Shown piece by piece: positions 40,064 through 49,546 of a stretch of DNA of 49,546 bases. The DNA lies in NCBI GenBank assembly GCA_963840855.1, contig CAWJBB010000035.1, forward strand, positions 1 through 49,546. Direction: 5' to 3'. Every line of letters begins with the position of its first letter. The first letter of the stretch is position 1. Both the position numbers and the translations under genes were made by a program. The DNA is from an uncultured delta proteobacterium (lineage in GTDB: Bacteria; Desulfobacterota; Binatia; UBA9968). The notes below the pieces were generated by a model. The model worked only from the letters and a program-made list of their open reading frames with translations. It was not told the origin of the DNA and made no database searches.

Positions 40064-40531
40064 AGCTCGTTTCCCCTTTCAATGATTTCGTCGAGTCGGA
40101 GAAGACTCTCCAAATGGGGTTATACTGCGAACCGGATGCCGTGCGGATATGAACCGTGTTGGTATGGTGTGCTCCCAAAACCACCAACTCACCCTATCCA
40201 GGAAGGCCCTGAATCTGCGTTGCTAATTGAGACCGGGTGTTTTGGCCTGGGGCGATATCTGCGGGATTCTAGATGGAAAAATGCGGTAAATGGCCAAGTA
40301 TGTTAACAATAGAATTTAGCGCTCAAAGGCGCTTCGATGTACCAATATTCTATCCATGAGCCTCACGCGACAGCAAAAACCTTTCGGACAGCGTTCTCGA
40401 AGATTTGCGGAAGGCAAACGAATTGGGAGGAGAACGCTTAGCGGTCCGAACATTCTTTTAAACTTTAACCCTGAATGGTGGATGAGAAAGAGGTTGATGG
40501 TATACGGACAAAAGGCAAAAAACTTTGCCGA

Positions 40532-40561
40532 GATTGAGTTGAAGGAGAATTCAGTTCAATC
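40532..40561 (+). repeat. Most symmetric recombination site
   Basis: GATTGAGTTGAA-GGAGAA-TTCAGTTCAATC (10 of 12 arm positions complementary). Confidence 0.8.
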
Positions 40562-40588
40562 CTGGCATCGCTGCTTGGTTTTCTGCCA

Positions 40589-41560
40589 TCACTTGATCAG
40601 CCTATTCGCTCGGGCGAGTACCTCCGGCGGAATCGTTACCCCGATCTGCTTCGCCGTCTTGAGGTTTATCACAAACTCGAACTTCGTCGGCTGCTCCACA
40701 GGCAGATCGGCAGGCTTGGTTCCCTTCAGAATTCTGTCCACGTAATAGGCAACCCGTCTCAACGAGTCGACAAGATTCGGACCATAGGTCATAAGACCAC
40801 CTGCTTCCGCGAACTCCGTCCACCCGGAGATGCTGGGTATGCGCCGCCGAACTGAAAATTCTGCGATTTCCTTTCGGCGGGCCAGCGTCACCGCATCCGG
40901 AAAAACGATGAGCGCGTTGGCGCGTTCACGGACTATCGCGGCAAAAGCGTCCTCAAAATCGCCGGGAGCCTTTACTGTCAGGTACTGGAGCGGCAGGGCA
41001 AATGCCTGCGCAGCCACTTGCGTTTCTTTCAATTCCCGTTGTTCGCCGGCATGCCGCGGGTTGGCCAATGCTGCCAGCCGAGAGATCCCCGGAACGGCCT
41101 CCTTAAGCAACTCGACCCGTTTGCCCGCCAACTCGGCAGCAAAGAAAGTCACCCCGGTGACGTTGCCCCCGGGCCGCGCCAGGCTGGCGACGATGCCGGC
41201 ATCCACGGGATCACCGCTATAGCCCATAACGACTGGGATATCTTTGATGCTTTTGGCAGCGTAGGGTGTCGCCGGCCCTATTGATACAATGACATTCACC
41301 TTGAGATGAACCAGCTCAGCTGCAAGATCGGGAAAACGTTCTAACCTTCCCTCCGCATACCGCTTCTCCGTGATGATGTTTTGGCCCTCCACGTACCCCG
41401 CATCTCGGAGCGTCTGTTCAAGCGCATCGATTTGGGGAGCCGGGACATTTGCAAGAATGCCGATCCGGGGGATTTTCCCGGCTTGCTGCGCCTCGGCTAT
41501 CACGACAACAGTAAGCAGTGTCACTGCAATCAGGAATGATGACAGACTAGCTTTCTTCAT
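40589..41560 (-). CDS. Orphan ABC substrate-binding protein (ABC_sub_bind type)
   Basis: Same family motifs; GGAG RBS. Confidence 0.92.
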   Translation of the reverse strand: MKKASLSSFLIAVTLLTVVVIAEAQQAGKIPRIGILANVPAPQIDALEQTLRDAGYVEGQNIITEKRYAEGRLERFPDLAAELVHLKVNVIVSIGPATPYAAKSIKDIPVVMGYSGDPVDAGIVASLARPGGNVTGVTFFAAELAGKRVELLKEAVPGISRLAALANPRHAGEQRELKETQVAAQAFALPLQYLTVKAPGDFEDAFAAIVRERANALIVFPDAVTLARRKEIAEFSVRRRIPSISGWTEFAEAGGLMTYGPNLVDSLRRVAYYVDRILKGTKPADLPVEQPTKFEFVINLKTAKQIGVTIPPEVLARANRLIK

Positions 41561-41648
41561 TGCACACTCCGTTCCCGACGTTACTTTTCCATATGTTTGT
41601 TTACATTCGGACGAACTCATTCGCGCGTAACACCGAAAGAGCAGGTCG

Positions 41649-41882
41649 CTATTTGCCCACTGCCTTCAGTGCGGCCCTTGCTCGTTGCTCCGGCGTGGCC
41701 CAGTCGGCGGGAAGGTTCTTGGCGCGAGTGATCTTGGAGAGTTCATTCAAGTACCGCTCGGACCGGCCAAGCTGCTCCATGCGTTGGTCAATCACGTAAG
41801 CTTGAACAGGGTCGGTCGAATAGTTGGGGACTTTAGCGCGTCGCCATCGGCCCGCGCGATCCTGCTTCTTGCCTATAAGCAC
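41649..41882 (-). CDS. Small hypothetical protein, phage ABA-sandwich-like
   Basis: VPNYSTDP...ATPEQRARAALKAV; start uncertain. Confidence 0.45.
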   Translation of the reverse strand: MLIGKKQDRAGRWRRAKVPNYSTDPVQAYVIDQRMEQLGRSERYLNELSKITRAKNLPADWATPEQRARAALKAVGK

Positions 41883-42005
41883 GCCTTCATGCTTGTGGAT
41901 ATTCTTTCAGCCGAACACTTTCTGCGCCGTTGCGGGCGTCTAATGCAGGGCCAGACCGCGTTATATCTTCAACTTTCTGGGCCATACAGTTTTGAGAAAC
42001 AGGCG

Positions 42006-42035
42006 ACGTTTGGAACAACGAGTTTCAATTCAATC
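42006..42035 (+). repeat. Degenerate site (right arm conserved)
   Basis: TTCAATTCAATC at 42024-42035; spacer and left arm differ. Confidence 0.55.
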
Positions 42036-42052
42036 CTAGCATCGCCGCGTGG

Positions 42053-43036
42053 TCACTTGATCACCTTGTTCGCTCGGGCGAGCAACTCCGGCGGAATCGT
42101 TAGCCCGATCTGCTTCGCGGCTTTCAGATTGACGATGAATTCAAACTTCGTCGGCTGCTCCACCGGGAGATCGGCTGGCTTGGCGCCTTTGAGAATTTTG
42201 TCGACATAAGTGGCGGCGCGCCGGTCCAGGTTGAGGAGGCTCACGCCGTAGGACATAAGCCCACCGGCTTCGACGTACCGGGGTTCGTGGTATATCGCCG
42301 GGAGCCGGTTCTTTACCGCAAGGTCTGCAATCTGTGCCCTCTGAGCACCAATGATGCCGCTCGCTAGTACGAGGACTCCGTCCGCCCGCCCCTTGCTCAC
42401 TGCTTGAAATGTATTCTCAATATTTTTGAAATCTAAAACGTCGAGATATTGAAGCGTCACTCCGAACGCCTTCGCGGCGAGTTCCAGCTCTTTCCTTAGT
42501 CCACCAGCAGGGCTGGTTGAAACCCCCAGGACGGCCAAGCGAGAGAGTTTAGGGACGACCTCTTTCAGAACCTCCAATCGTTTACCGTTCAGCTCCGGGG
42601 CAACGGCGGACAGTCCCGTGATGTTTCCACCAGGCCGCGCCAGGCTGGCGATGATACCGTCGCCAACAGGATCGGGATCGTTGGTCATGACAATGGGAAT
42701 CGTATTGGTCGCTTCCTTGACGGCACGGGTTGCGGTTGAACCGCTCGTGACGATGACGTCAAATTTGAGACGCGCCATTTCGGCCGCAAGTGCCGGAAGG
42801 CGTTCGAGTTTTCCGTCAGCGGATCGCCAATCAATGACGATGTTTTTACCCTCCACGTAGTGAAGGTCGCGCAGTCCCTGGCGGAATGCCTCGTGGCGGG
42901 CCGTGTTGGCGGAAAGGGAGACACCCCCTAGGTATCCAATCCGCGAGACTTTCGTCGGCTGCTGCGCGTAGGCGATGACGGCAACAGCAAGTAGGATCAC
43001 TATGGACAGGATTGCCAAGACACCAGCATTTTTCAT
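42053..43036 (-). CDS. Orphan ABC substrate-binding protein, close paralog of 36085..37068
   Basis: Near-identical central region and upstream DNA. Confidence 0.92.
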   Translation of the reverse strand: MKNAGVLAILSIVILLAVAVIAYAQQPTKVSRIGYLGGVSLSANTARHEAFRQGLRDLHYVEGKNIVIDWRSADGKLERLPALAAEMARLKFDVIVTSGSTATRAVKEATNTIPIVMTNDPDPVGDGIIASLARPGGNITGLSAVAPELNGKRLEVLKEVVPKLSRLAVLGVSTSPAGGLRKELELAAKAFGVTLQYLDVLDFKNIENTFQAVSKGRADGVLVLASGIIGAQRAQIADLAVKNRLPAIYHEPRYVEAGGLMSYGVSLLNLDRRAATYVDKILKGAKPADLPVEQPTKFEFIVNLKAAKQIGLTIPPELLARANKVIK

Positions 43037-43143
43037 TGCAGACACCATTTGCGTATTACGCGGAGGGTAGCAGAAGAAAAGTGACATTTACGACAGAAGG
43101 CGAAAGGTATTCGTCGAGTGGAAAAACCAGATTTTTCGCCCGA

Positions 43144-43173
43144 GATTGAACTGAACGACGCATCAGTCAGATG
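43144..43173 (+). repeat. Putative recombination site (CGACGC spacer), last in the array
   Basis: GATTGAACTGAA-CGACGC-ATCAGTCAGATG. Confidence 0.78.
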
Positions 43174-43517
43174 TTACGAAAATGTCTCGGTTCAAAAACC
43201 TCGTTGAAATGAAAAACGAATTTCGCAGTTCTTCCGGGCCCTTCATTCAACAAACACACAGGGCCAAAAGAAATGTTTTTGAAGGAGCGTATTGTGCGGA
43301 AGGAGAAAACAGCTCAATTTCGGAGGGAAGCGAAAAGGGGACGCGAACCTTTTCTGATGCTCAACGCATTGCTTTTCTGGGTCTACCGCGTGGATGAAGA
43401 GTAAATTCCAACCGCGCCATTTTCGCGATCCGCATCCTCCGGTCTTCTGAGCCAGAGACGATGAGGGACGAACGAAATTCGCGAGCGGCAACAGCCAAAC
43501 AAACGAAGCGCGCGGGT

Positions 43518-45317
43518 TCAATGGCGCGGACCCGACAGTGATTCGCCCACGAGTTTGCGCGCCGCGAGTCCCATCACCGCCGTGATTAGAATGAGCATCA
43601 CACCGATAGCCGCCGCCTCTGGAATCCGGCCTGCCTGCCAGTAAATCCATATCCACACGGCAAGCACCTCGTTGTTTTCACTGGCAAGGACCAAAGGCAC
43701 GGAGAAGGTGCGCAGCGAGTGGGCTACGACCCAAATCCAGCCCGCCACGAGCGACGGCATCAGCAACGGAGTCGTGATCTTCCAAATAGTGCGCAAGCGA
43801 GTTGCGCCGGAAACCGACGCGGCCTCTTCTAGCTCCTGGTGGATCTGCAGCAGGCCGGCGTTGGTCGTGCGCGTCGCGAAAGCAAGGTATTGCGTGACCA
43901 AACCGAGCACGATGATCCAGATGGAACCGTAAATGCCCAACGGGCGCAGCGGCGGCTGCAGGTAAACAAATATCATCGCCAGCGCTACCACGACTCCCGG
44001 AATAGCGTATGAAATGAACGTCAAGCTGTCGAGCATGAACCCGGCACGATGCTTGAGTCGGATGACCAGCCACGAAATCATGAGGGCAACCACCATCGTT
44101 GCCAGGCCTGCGCCGATCGCCATGACCACGGTATTGATGAGATCGTGGAGGAACCTGGGGGTACTCGCAACGTTGACATAGTGGTCGAACGAAACCATCT
44201 TGATGGCTTCCATCGACGGCACGACGTAGTACGGAAGCACGGAAGCCCAGATCAGCACGAACAGAGGACAGACCACGGTGAGGAGAAAATAGACGGCGAA
44301 CAGCGCCAGCGCGGGATAGCGCCACCAGCCCAGCGGATATCTGACTGGATTGAAGCCACGACCGCGAATCACGGCGAAGCGTTCGCCTTTGCGGATCATC
44401 CGCATATAGAAGTATGAGAAAATGGTCATGATGACCATGAAGAATACCGCGTAGGCCGCGCTCAGTCCGTAATCGACGGGAACATGATAACGCGCGGTGA
44501 AATAGATCAGTGTGCTAAGCACGAAGATGCCGGCGGCGAGGCCGATGGTCAGAGGCGCCTCAAACGACTCGAGATGGGAAACGAAGGAATAGATCCCGGC
44601 GGCAGACAACGCTGGCATCAGCAGCGGCAGTGTTATTCTGCGCCAGATGCTATGTGGATTGGCCCCCGATAAACGCGCGGCTTCCTCCAGCGCCGGGTCC
44701 ATCAGGCGGAAAGCCCCGACGATCATCAGAAAAATCGTGCTAACGCCTCTCATCCAACTGAGGTAAATGATGCCCCAGAGCGATTGAATATTGAATGGGC
44801 CTTCTTCGAGGTTAACGCCGAAAAAAGACAGCAGCGCCCGGGTCACCAGATTGATCAGCCCAACCCTCGGCGCAAGGAGTAGCATCCAGGAAAGCGCAAA
44901 CAGAACGCCGGGTATGGCAAGAGGCAAAAGCACGGCGACCCAGGCCATGCCGCGGAAAGGCAGGTCGGTGCGCTCAATGAGCCAGGCGAATACGACGGCG
45001 AGGGCGAGACCGCCCAGAGTCGAGATGACGGATATGACAACGGTGTTGACCAGCGCGGTGTAAAAGAAAGGACTGCTGAACAGGACAGCGTAATTGCGCA
45101 ACGTCCAGGGACCGCCAAGAAAAGATGGCGGCCCGGTTCTGATGCTGTTCAAGAACAACAGCAGCATCGGTACCAGAAGCAGCCAGAGCGTGATGAGAAC
45201 CGCGAGAGCCAACACCAGGTTGCTGGAGCTGAGCTTCAGGGCGCTGTTGAAGAAGGTCCATCTGCCTCGGTGGACCGCGTTGGCTCTCTTGGTAAACATA
45301 CCTACGGCCCTCGGCAA
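43518..45317 (-). CDS. Fe3+-type ABC permease (FbpB-like)
   Basis: Two EAA loops (LEEAARLSGA, LEEAASVSGA). Confidence 0.92.
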   Translation of the reverse strand: MPRAVGMFTKRANAVHRGRWTFFNSALKLSSSNLVLALAVLITLWLLLVPMLLLFLNSIRTGPPSFLGGPWTLRNYAVLFSSPFFYTALVNTVVISVISTLGGLALAVVFAWLIERTDLPFRGMAWVAVLLPLAIPGVLFALSWMLLLAPRVGLINLVTRALLSFFGVNLEEGPFNIQSLWGIIYLSWMRGVSTIFLMIVGAFRLMDPALEEAARLSGANPHSIWRRITLPLLMPALSAAGIYSFVSHLESFEAPLTIGLAAGIFVLSTLIYFTARYHVPVDYGLSAAYAVFFMVIMTIFSYFYMRMIRKGERFAVIRGRGFNPVRYPLGWWRYPALALFAVYFLLTVVCPLFVLIWASVLPYYVVPSMEAIKMVSFDHYVNVASTPRFLHDLINTVVMAIGAGLATMVVALMISWLVIRLKHRAGFMLDSLTFISYAIPGVVVALAMIFVYLQPPLRPLGIYGSIWIIVLGLVTQYLAFATRTTNAGLLQIHQELEEAASVSGATRLRTIWKITTPLLMPSLVAGWIWVVAHSLRTFSVPLVLASENNEVLAVWIWIYWQAGRIPEAAAIGVMLILITAVMGLAARKLVGESLSGPRH

Positions 45318-45437
45318 ATGAACGCGCGCGTCTAACCCGCGGCGCGTGAGTTAGCGGAGGCTTCAATGCCTGTCTTGGCGTAATCAGATTTTTCCGTTGA
45401 AAAGAACCGGAGCAATGCCAATTTATCTGCGCGAGCC

Positions 45438-46505
45438 TTATCCGCCCTTTCTTTCCGGCTTGGGAAATCCCCAAACCTGAAGGATCTTCTGCATAAGCTC
45501 TTCTGTTCTTGTGGCGGTGTCCCAATCGGCCACTTTGAGTTGTCTGCCCATTTTTTTGATCTGAGCGCCCAACTCACTTTCCGGATGGAAGAGGCTATCC
45601 CGGCCGGTGCGCAGATATTTGACTCCCTTGCTGGCAACCCAGCCGGTCATAAGGACCGCGGCATTGGGGTTTGCCGCTCCCTTCATCGGGCTCAGAAGAA
45701 TTTCCCGTGAAGCCACGATGGGGCCCTCGGGAAAAACAAATCCCACGGGATAATCTGGTTTTCCCAAGGACGCACGATAATACGACCCGTGGCTGGCGGG
45801 ACAGGAGAGTATCACCTCACCAGAAGCCACCATGGTCACCGCCAAGGAATTGCCGCGGAACCATTTGGGTTTATTTGCGAGCAGTTTCTTGGCGTAGTCC
45901 AAGGTCCACTCCTGGCCATAGCCGTACATCACCGAAACCATGTGAGAGGGACGGACATCCACCGATAACTTGTTCATAAAATAGGGATTGTAGCAGTCGG
46001 CCCACGTTTTCGGCACCCGTTCCTTGGGAACCGCTTTCTTGTTGTAATAGATTCCCGCGGGATTATTGCCCACCGAAACCGCATATCCTTTGGGATGGAC
46101 CATGCGGGCATCCATGCCGAAGAGCTTGTGCCATTCCACGGGATCGATCAGAAAGTTGAGCTTTTCGAATTCGTCCAGGGCCTCGTCCTCGATGCTCATC
46201 AAGTCGTATGGGAACAAGCCGGCCTGCATCTCCGATAGGATGCGCTGCCGTTGTTCGCCGCCCATAATCCTTTTGTAGTTGATTTTGATGAAGGGGTACT
46301 CCTGTTGAAACACTTTGTGCATCTCGCGTACTTCGTGCTCTTCGAGATTGGTCGACCAGCTGAGCTTGCCCTCCCGCTTCGCTCCTTGCACGATGGCGTC
46401 CAGGGTCGTGCCTTTGGCAACTTCTGCGGCCTGCGCGACAATCCTTGCCGAGCCCGTCACGATCAAACACGCGATAGCGGAAACCAACCAGCGTCTAAAA
46501 GTCAT
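45438..46505 (-). CDS. Extracellular solute-binding protein
   Basis: Signal peptide, GAKREG, VPKTWAD; adjacent to the permease. Confidence 0.88.
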   Translation of the reverse strand: MTFRRWLVSAIACLIVTGSARIVAQAAEVAKGTTLDAIVQGAKREGKLSWSTNLEEHEVREMHKVFQQEYPFIKINYKRIMGGEQRQRILSEMQAGLFPYDLMSIEDEALDEFEKLNFLIDPVEWHKLFGMDARMVHPKGYAVSVGNNPAGIYYNKKAVPKERVPKTWADCYNPYFMNKLSVDVRPSHMVSVMYGYGQEWTLDYAKKLLANKPKWFRGNSLAVTMVASGEVILSCPASHGSYYRASLGKPDYPVGFVFPEGPIVASREILLSPMKGAANPNAAVLMTGWVASKGVKYLRTGRDSLFHPESELGAQIKKMGRQLKVADWDTATRTEELMQKILQVWGFPKPERKGG

Positions 46506-46553
46506 AACAGCTCTCCTTACTCGTCAATGAAATGGAAATATTGTTACCCGATA

Positions 46554-47942
46554 TCATTCTTGGGTCGCAAGCAGCGAACGAAATTCGCGCATGTCCTTTA
46601 CGTTTTCCAGCTTCGAGATCGCCCGTATGAGTGCTTCGCCGTGCTCACGGCCGGTGACGGGCGCAAAAAGATCTCGAGCTTTGGCTTCGACTTCATCGGT
46701 GGTTGCGGGATTTTCGGGAGTGCCGCGATAGGTCATGAGGCGTTTGGCGAACCTCTGTCCCGCGCGCGTAATGATCGTCAAGTCCACCTGTCTGGGGAAC
46801 TCCGCGTCCCGCAGAGCGGGATCTCCGACCAGCTCGATGCGTGATTTTAAATCATGCACCGAAGAGAGGTTCAACAAGCTATCGTCATGAGCGGTGGCGA
46901 AGGTTACTTTTCCATGTACCAAAGCCAGGGCCAGGATATGCTGGAGGTTGATGTCTGCTATTTCGCGGTTGTTCACGGTGGCCGCCCGTTGCTCCGGCAG
47001 GCGCACGACGACGCGCTCCACATCCTCGGGATTGAGTGGATGCTCGGCCATGATGGCAAACAGCGCCTCAAGCGGCGCCTGGATCGGCGACCCGACGCAG
47101 AACCGTTTGATGCTCGTCTGCACGATCTCGAAATTCTTTCCCAGGCCGCGAACGAGTTCCTCAGGTTGGGGGTCCGGGGAATAGGCCCGCAAAAAGTTGC
47201 GCTCTCCGACGAAAGGGTCGGCAGTGCCGCAAGCCCCGGTTTGCGCCAATCGCGCGGCCGTGACACCGTTGCGCGCCGGCATGCCGCCGAGGACAAACGC
47301 CTTTTCCACGTGGTCCTGAGCCCTTATATAGCTTCCGATTCCGGCGGCTTGTTGAGCCGCATAAGACAAGGCGCAACCCACCTGGCTTGCGTCGAGCCGC
47401 GCTATCGATGCGGCCGCCGCCGCCGCGCCAAACACATTGCCGAGGCTGCGACTACTGTGCCCCTTGGCGGAAACCGCTTGCGGCTGGAGAGCCCGGCCCA
47501 CGCGGCAGCCTACATCGTACCCGACCACCACGGCTTTCAGAAAAGTTGTTCCATCGCTTCCCGCGCGCTCCGACATCGCCAGCGCCGCGGGAACCACCGC
47601 GCAGCCGGGGTGGGTTCCAGAGGCCGCATGGGAATCGTCGGTCTCATCGGCGTGCGCGGCAGTCCCGTTTGCCAACGCGGCGAGACTCGCGCTCGCGAGC
47701 AGCGCGCTGCCCGCCACCTGCGCCTCGGCAGAGCCGCCTTCCGTCCGAACATACTGGAGCATGAATTGTCCGGGTCTAAGCGTGGAACCCGAGATCATGG
47801 CTGCGAAGGTGTCGAGAATGTGATGCTTTGCCTGGACATGAACCTCAGTGGGCAGATTCAAGTCTCGTGACGCCGCGATATAATCGCGCACGATTCTCGT
47901 GAATTCGGAGAGATGGGCCACCGGTCTTTCTTCCCTGCTCAC
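46554..47942 (-). CDS. MmgE/PrpD family protein
   Basis: AHADETDDSH, HPG, GTPENP. Confidence 0.9.
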   Translation of the reverse strand: MSREERPVAHLSEFTRIVRDYIAASRDLNLPTEVHVQAKHHILDTFAAMISGSTLRPGQFMLQYVRTEGGSAEAQVAGSALLASASLAALANGTAAHADETDDSHAASGTHPGCAVVPAALAMSERAGSDGTTFLKAVVVGYDVGCRVGRALQPQAVSAKGHSSRSLGNVFGAAAAAASIARLDASQVGCALSYAAQQAAGIGSYIRAQDHVEKAFVLGGMPARNGVTAARLAQTGACGTADPFVGERNFLRAYSPDPQPEELVRGLGKNFEIVQTSIKRFCVGSPIQAPLEALFAIMAEHPLNPEDVERVVVRLPEQRAATVNNREIADINLQHILALALVHGKVTFATAHDDSLLNLSSVHDLKSRIELVGDPALRDAEFPRQVDLTIITRAGQRFAKRLMTYRGTPENPATTDEVEAKARDLFAPVTGREHGEALIRAISKLENVKDMREFRSLLATQE

Positions 47943-47999
47943 CTGCTATCTGTCTCATTGGCCTAGCGCGGCACAGCCGTAACCGAAACTCGGAATATC

Positions 48000-48108
48000 T
48001 CCCGCAAAGACGCCAAGGTCGCAAAGGTCGGAAAAAATGAACAGGATGGTTTGTAAAATTATCAATCTTTCGATTCCGAACTTGGCGTACTTTGCGCCTT
48101 GGCGGGAG
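48000..48108. repeat. REP-like hairpin element
   Basis: CTCCCGCAAAGACGCCAAG pairs with TTTGCGCCTTGGCGGGAG. Confidence 0.6.
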
Positions 48109-48210
48109 TCAATCCCCGTGTTCGAGCACTCCAGATCCCTGCGCACATGCCGTTCCTGAAATGGCCCCGCTTGCCTCGTTTCGCGGATTTCCTGCGGGCT
48201 CAATGTATTT

Positions 48211-49542
48211 CTATTGAACCTTGGACGGCGCGAGGAGAGTCTCCATGAGAGCGCCGACGTTGCGAAGTTCTTCAAGGTGCAAAATCATATCCGCTGCCCT
48301 GCGGGCCTTTTCCTCCCCCACCACGTCGTCCGCAAGCGCGTGGAATTTCTTGGCAATCTCGGCTTCGCCCACGGGGTTCTGCGTGTGGCCCGGACCGTAG
48401 GGTATCTCCGCGCGAAGAGTTCTTCCCTGGCGCAGCGTGACCTCCACGGCGGCGCCCATCCTCTTCGGCAGGTTGTCATCGCGGTGAAAAGTTACCCTTT
48501 TCATCAGATCAACGGCGGCGGGTTCCTTGAGCTTGTGCTCTTCAAAATGAGGCAACCAAACCGTCCCGTCGAGGAAAACTCGCGACACGCAATAGGTTAC
48601 GCTGTGGTCGGCGTCTTCACGCGTCGACACCCCGGACTTTTGAAACCTCAACTGCTGCGTATAGCCGAATTCACTGAGATAGACGTCGATTTTCTCGATC
48701 TCCGCGGCCTTAACTCCCTGCTGGTGAAGCTGGACGGCGGCGGCGATGGGCGCTTGCGCGACGAACAAACAGGGCCAAACCTTGATGCAGCTCCTGAGGA
48801 TTGAAAACTCTCCGTCGCGTCGGCGCACGAACTCCGGCTCGAATTTTCCGACAACGACGTTGCCAAAGCCGTATTCGCCGTCGATGGCGCTCAGGGGCCC
48901 GGTCACGCCGGCGCGGGCGAGCAGAGCAGCGAAGGTCCCCATCTTCGCGCTCATTGCCTCCGCGGCGGCTTTCCACATCGACAGTTGGCCGCGCCTGACC
49001 TCGGCCAGCGTGTTGGCGTGGGCCGCGGCGATGGCCAGCGCGTGCGCCAGTTGCGCCACCGTAAGTCCCAGTAGTTTCCCCGCCAGTGCGGCCGCCGAGT
49101 AATGCTCCAACGTGGAATTATCCCAACCGTCCTTCTGATTCTCGCAGGCGGCGCGCAGACGAAGCTGCATCTCGTAGGCGACGTTGGTGGCGAGGATGAG
49201 TTCTTTTCCCCCCGCTCCTTGCGCTTCTCCCACCGCAAGCACCGTCCCGATGTTGGTGCTGGGATGGCTGCCGACGTCGGTGTAATCGTTAAAATCCAGG
49301 TAGCGCGCCGCCAGCGAGTTGATGAAAGCGCCGAGCTCCGTGGAGGTCCGCCAGCTCGCTCCCAAGGGAGTGGCAAGCGGGTTGCCTCCCTGTTCCCGGG
49401 CAACCTGGCGAGCGAGGCGCACCGGCGGCGCGTCCAGCGCCGCCAGTGCGCAACCAATCGTGTCCAATAGAATCAACTTCGTCCGAGTGACGACTTGGGA
49501 CGGCAGCGCTTCGTAGCGAAGGTCCCAGATCCATCGCGCCAT
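48211..49542 (-). CDS. MmgE/PrpD family protein (5' end probably outside window)
   Basis: LDTIGCA, RYLDFND, HPS, LSMWK, TREDADHS. Confidence 0.9.
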   Translation of the reverse strand: MARWIWDLRYEALPSQVVTRTKLILLDTIGCALAALDAPPVRLARQVAREQGGNPLATPLGASWRTSTELGAFINSLAARYLDFNDYTDVGSHPSTNIGTVLAVGEAQGAGGKELILATNVAYEMQLRLRAACENQKDGWDNSTLEHYSAAALAGKLLGLTVAQLAHALAIAAAHANTLAEVRRGQLSMWKAAAEAMSAKMGTFAALLARAGVTGPLSAIDGEYGFGNVVVGKFEPEFVRRRDGEFSILRSCIKVWPCLFVAQAPIAAAVQLHQQGVKAAEIEKIDVYLSEFGYTQQLRFQKSGVSTREDADHSVTYCVSRVFLDGTVWLPHFEEHKLKEPAAVDLMKRVTFHRDDNLPKRMGAAVEVTLRQGRTLRAEIPYGPGHTQNPVGEAEIAKKFHALADDVVGEEKARRAADMILHLEELRNVGALMETLLAPSKVQ

Positions 49543-49546
49543 GTCT

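Noticed and set aside
22576-43173. CRISPR array
   Set aside because: Repeats are separated by gene-sized segments over 1 kb; no cas genes

Overview
GC-rich bacterial window with a Binatia/Deltaproteobacteria-like gene content (inference). Flanks (1-21.6 kb, 43.5-49.5 kb) carry metabolic and transport genes: threonine synthase, a frameshifted flavoprotein, VOC protein, solute-binding proteins, cyclase, ThDP enzyme, M20 peptidase, LigB-like dioxygenase, sugar ABC operon, Fe-type ABC permease and two MmgE/PrpD genes. The centre (22.5-43.2 kb) is an accessory region. Its most striking feature is an array of about 10 directly oriented 30-bp sites with tyrosine-recombinase architecture (12-bp inverted arms GATTGAACTGAA/TTCAGTTCAATC around a 6-bp spacer, GGAGAA or CGACGC). 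The sites divide the region into cassette-like modules, most holding an intact or decayed orphan ABC substrate-binding gene. Also present: an IS110 with a readable bridge RNA, an integrase+IS91 element inserted inside one site, three ISCR oriIS ends next to foreign gene fragments, an eCIS-effector-like LysM/phospholipase gene, and three staggered copies of the permease 3' end. All assignments come from reading the sequence; no searches were run.
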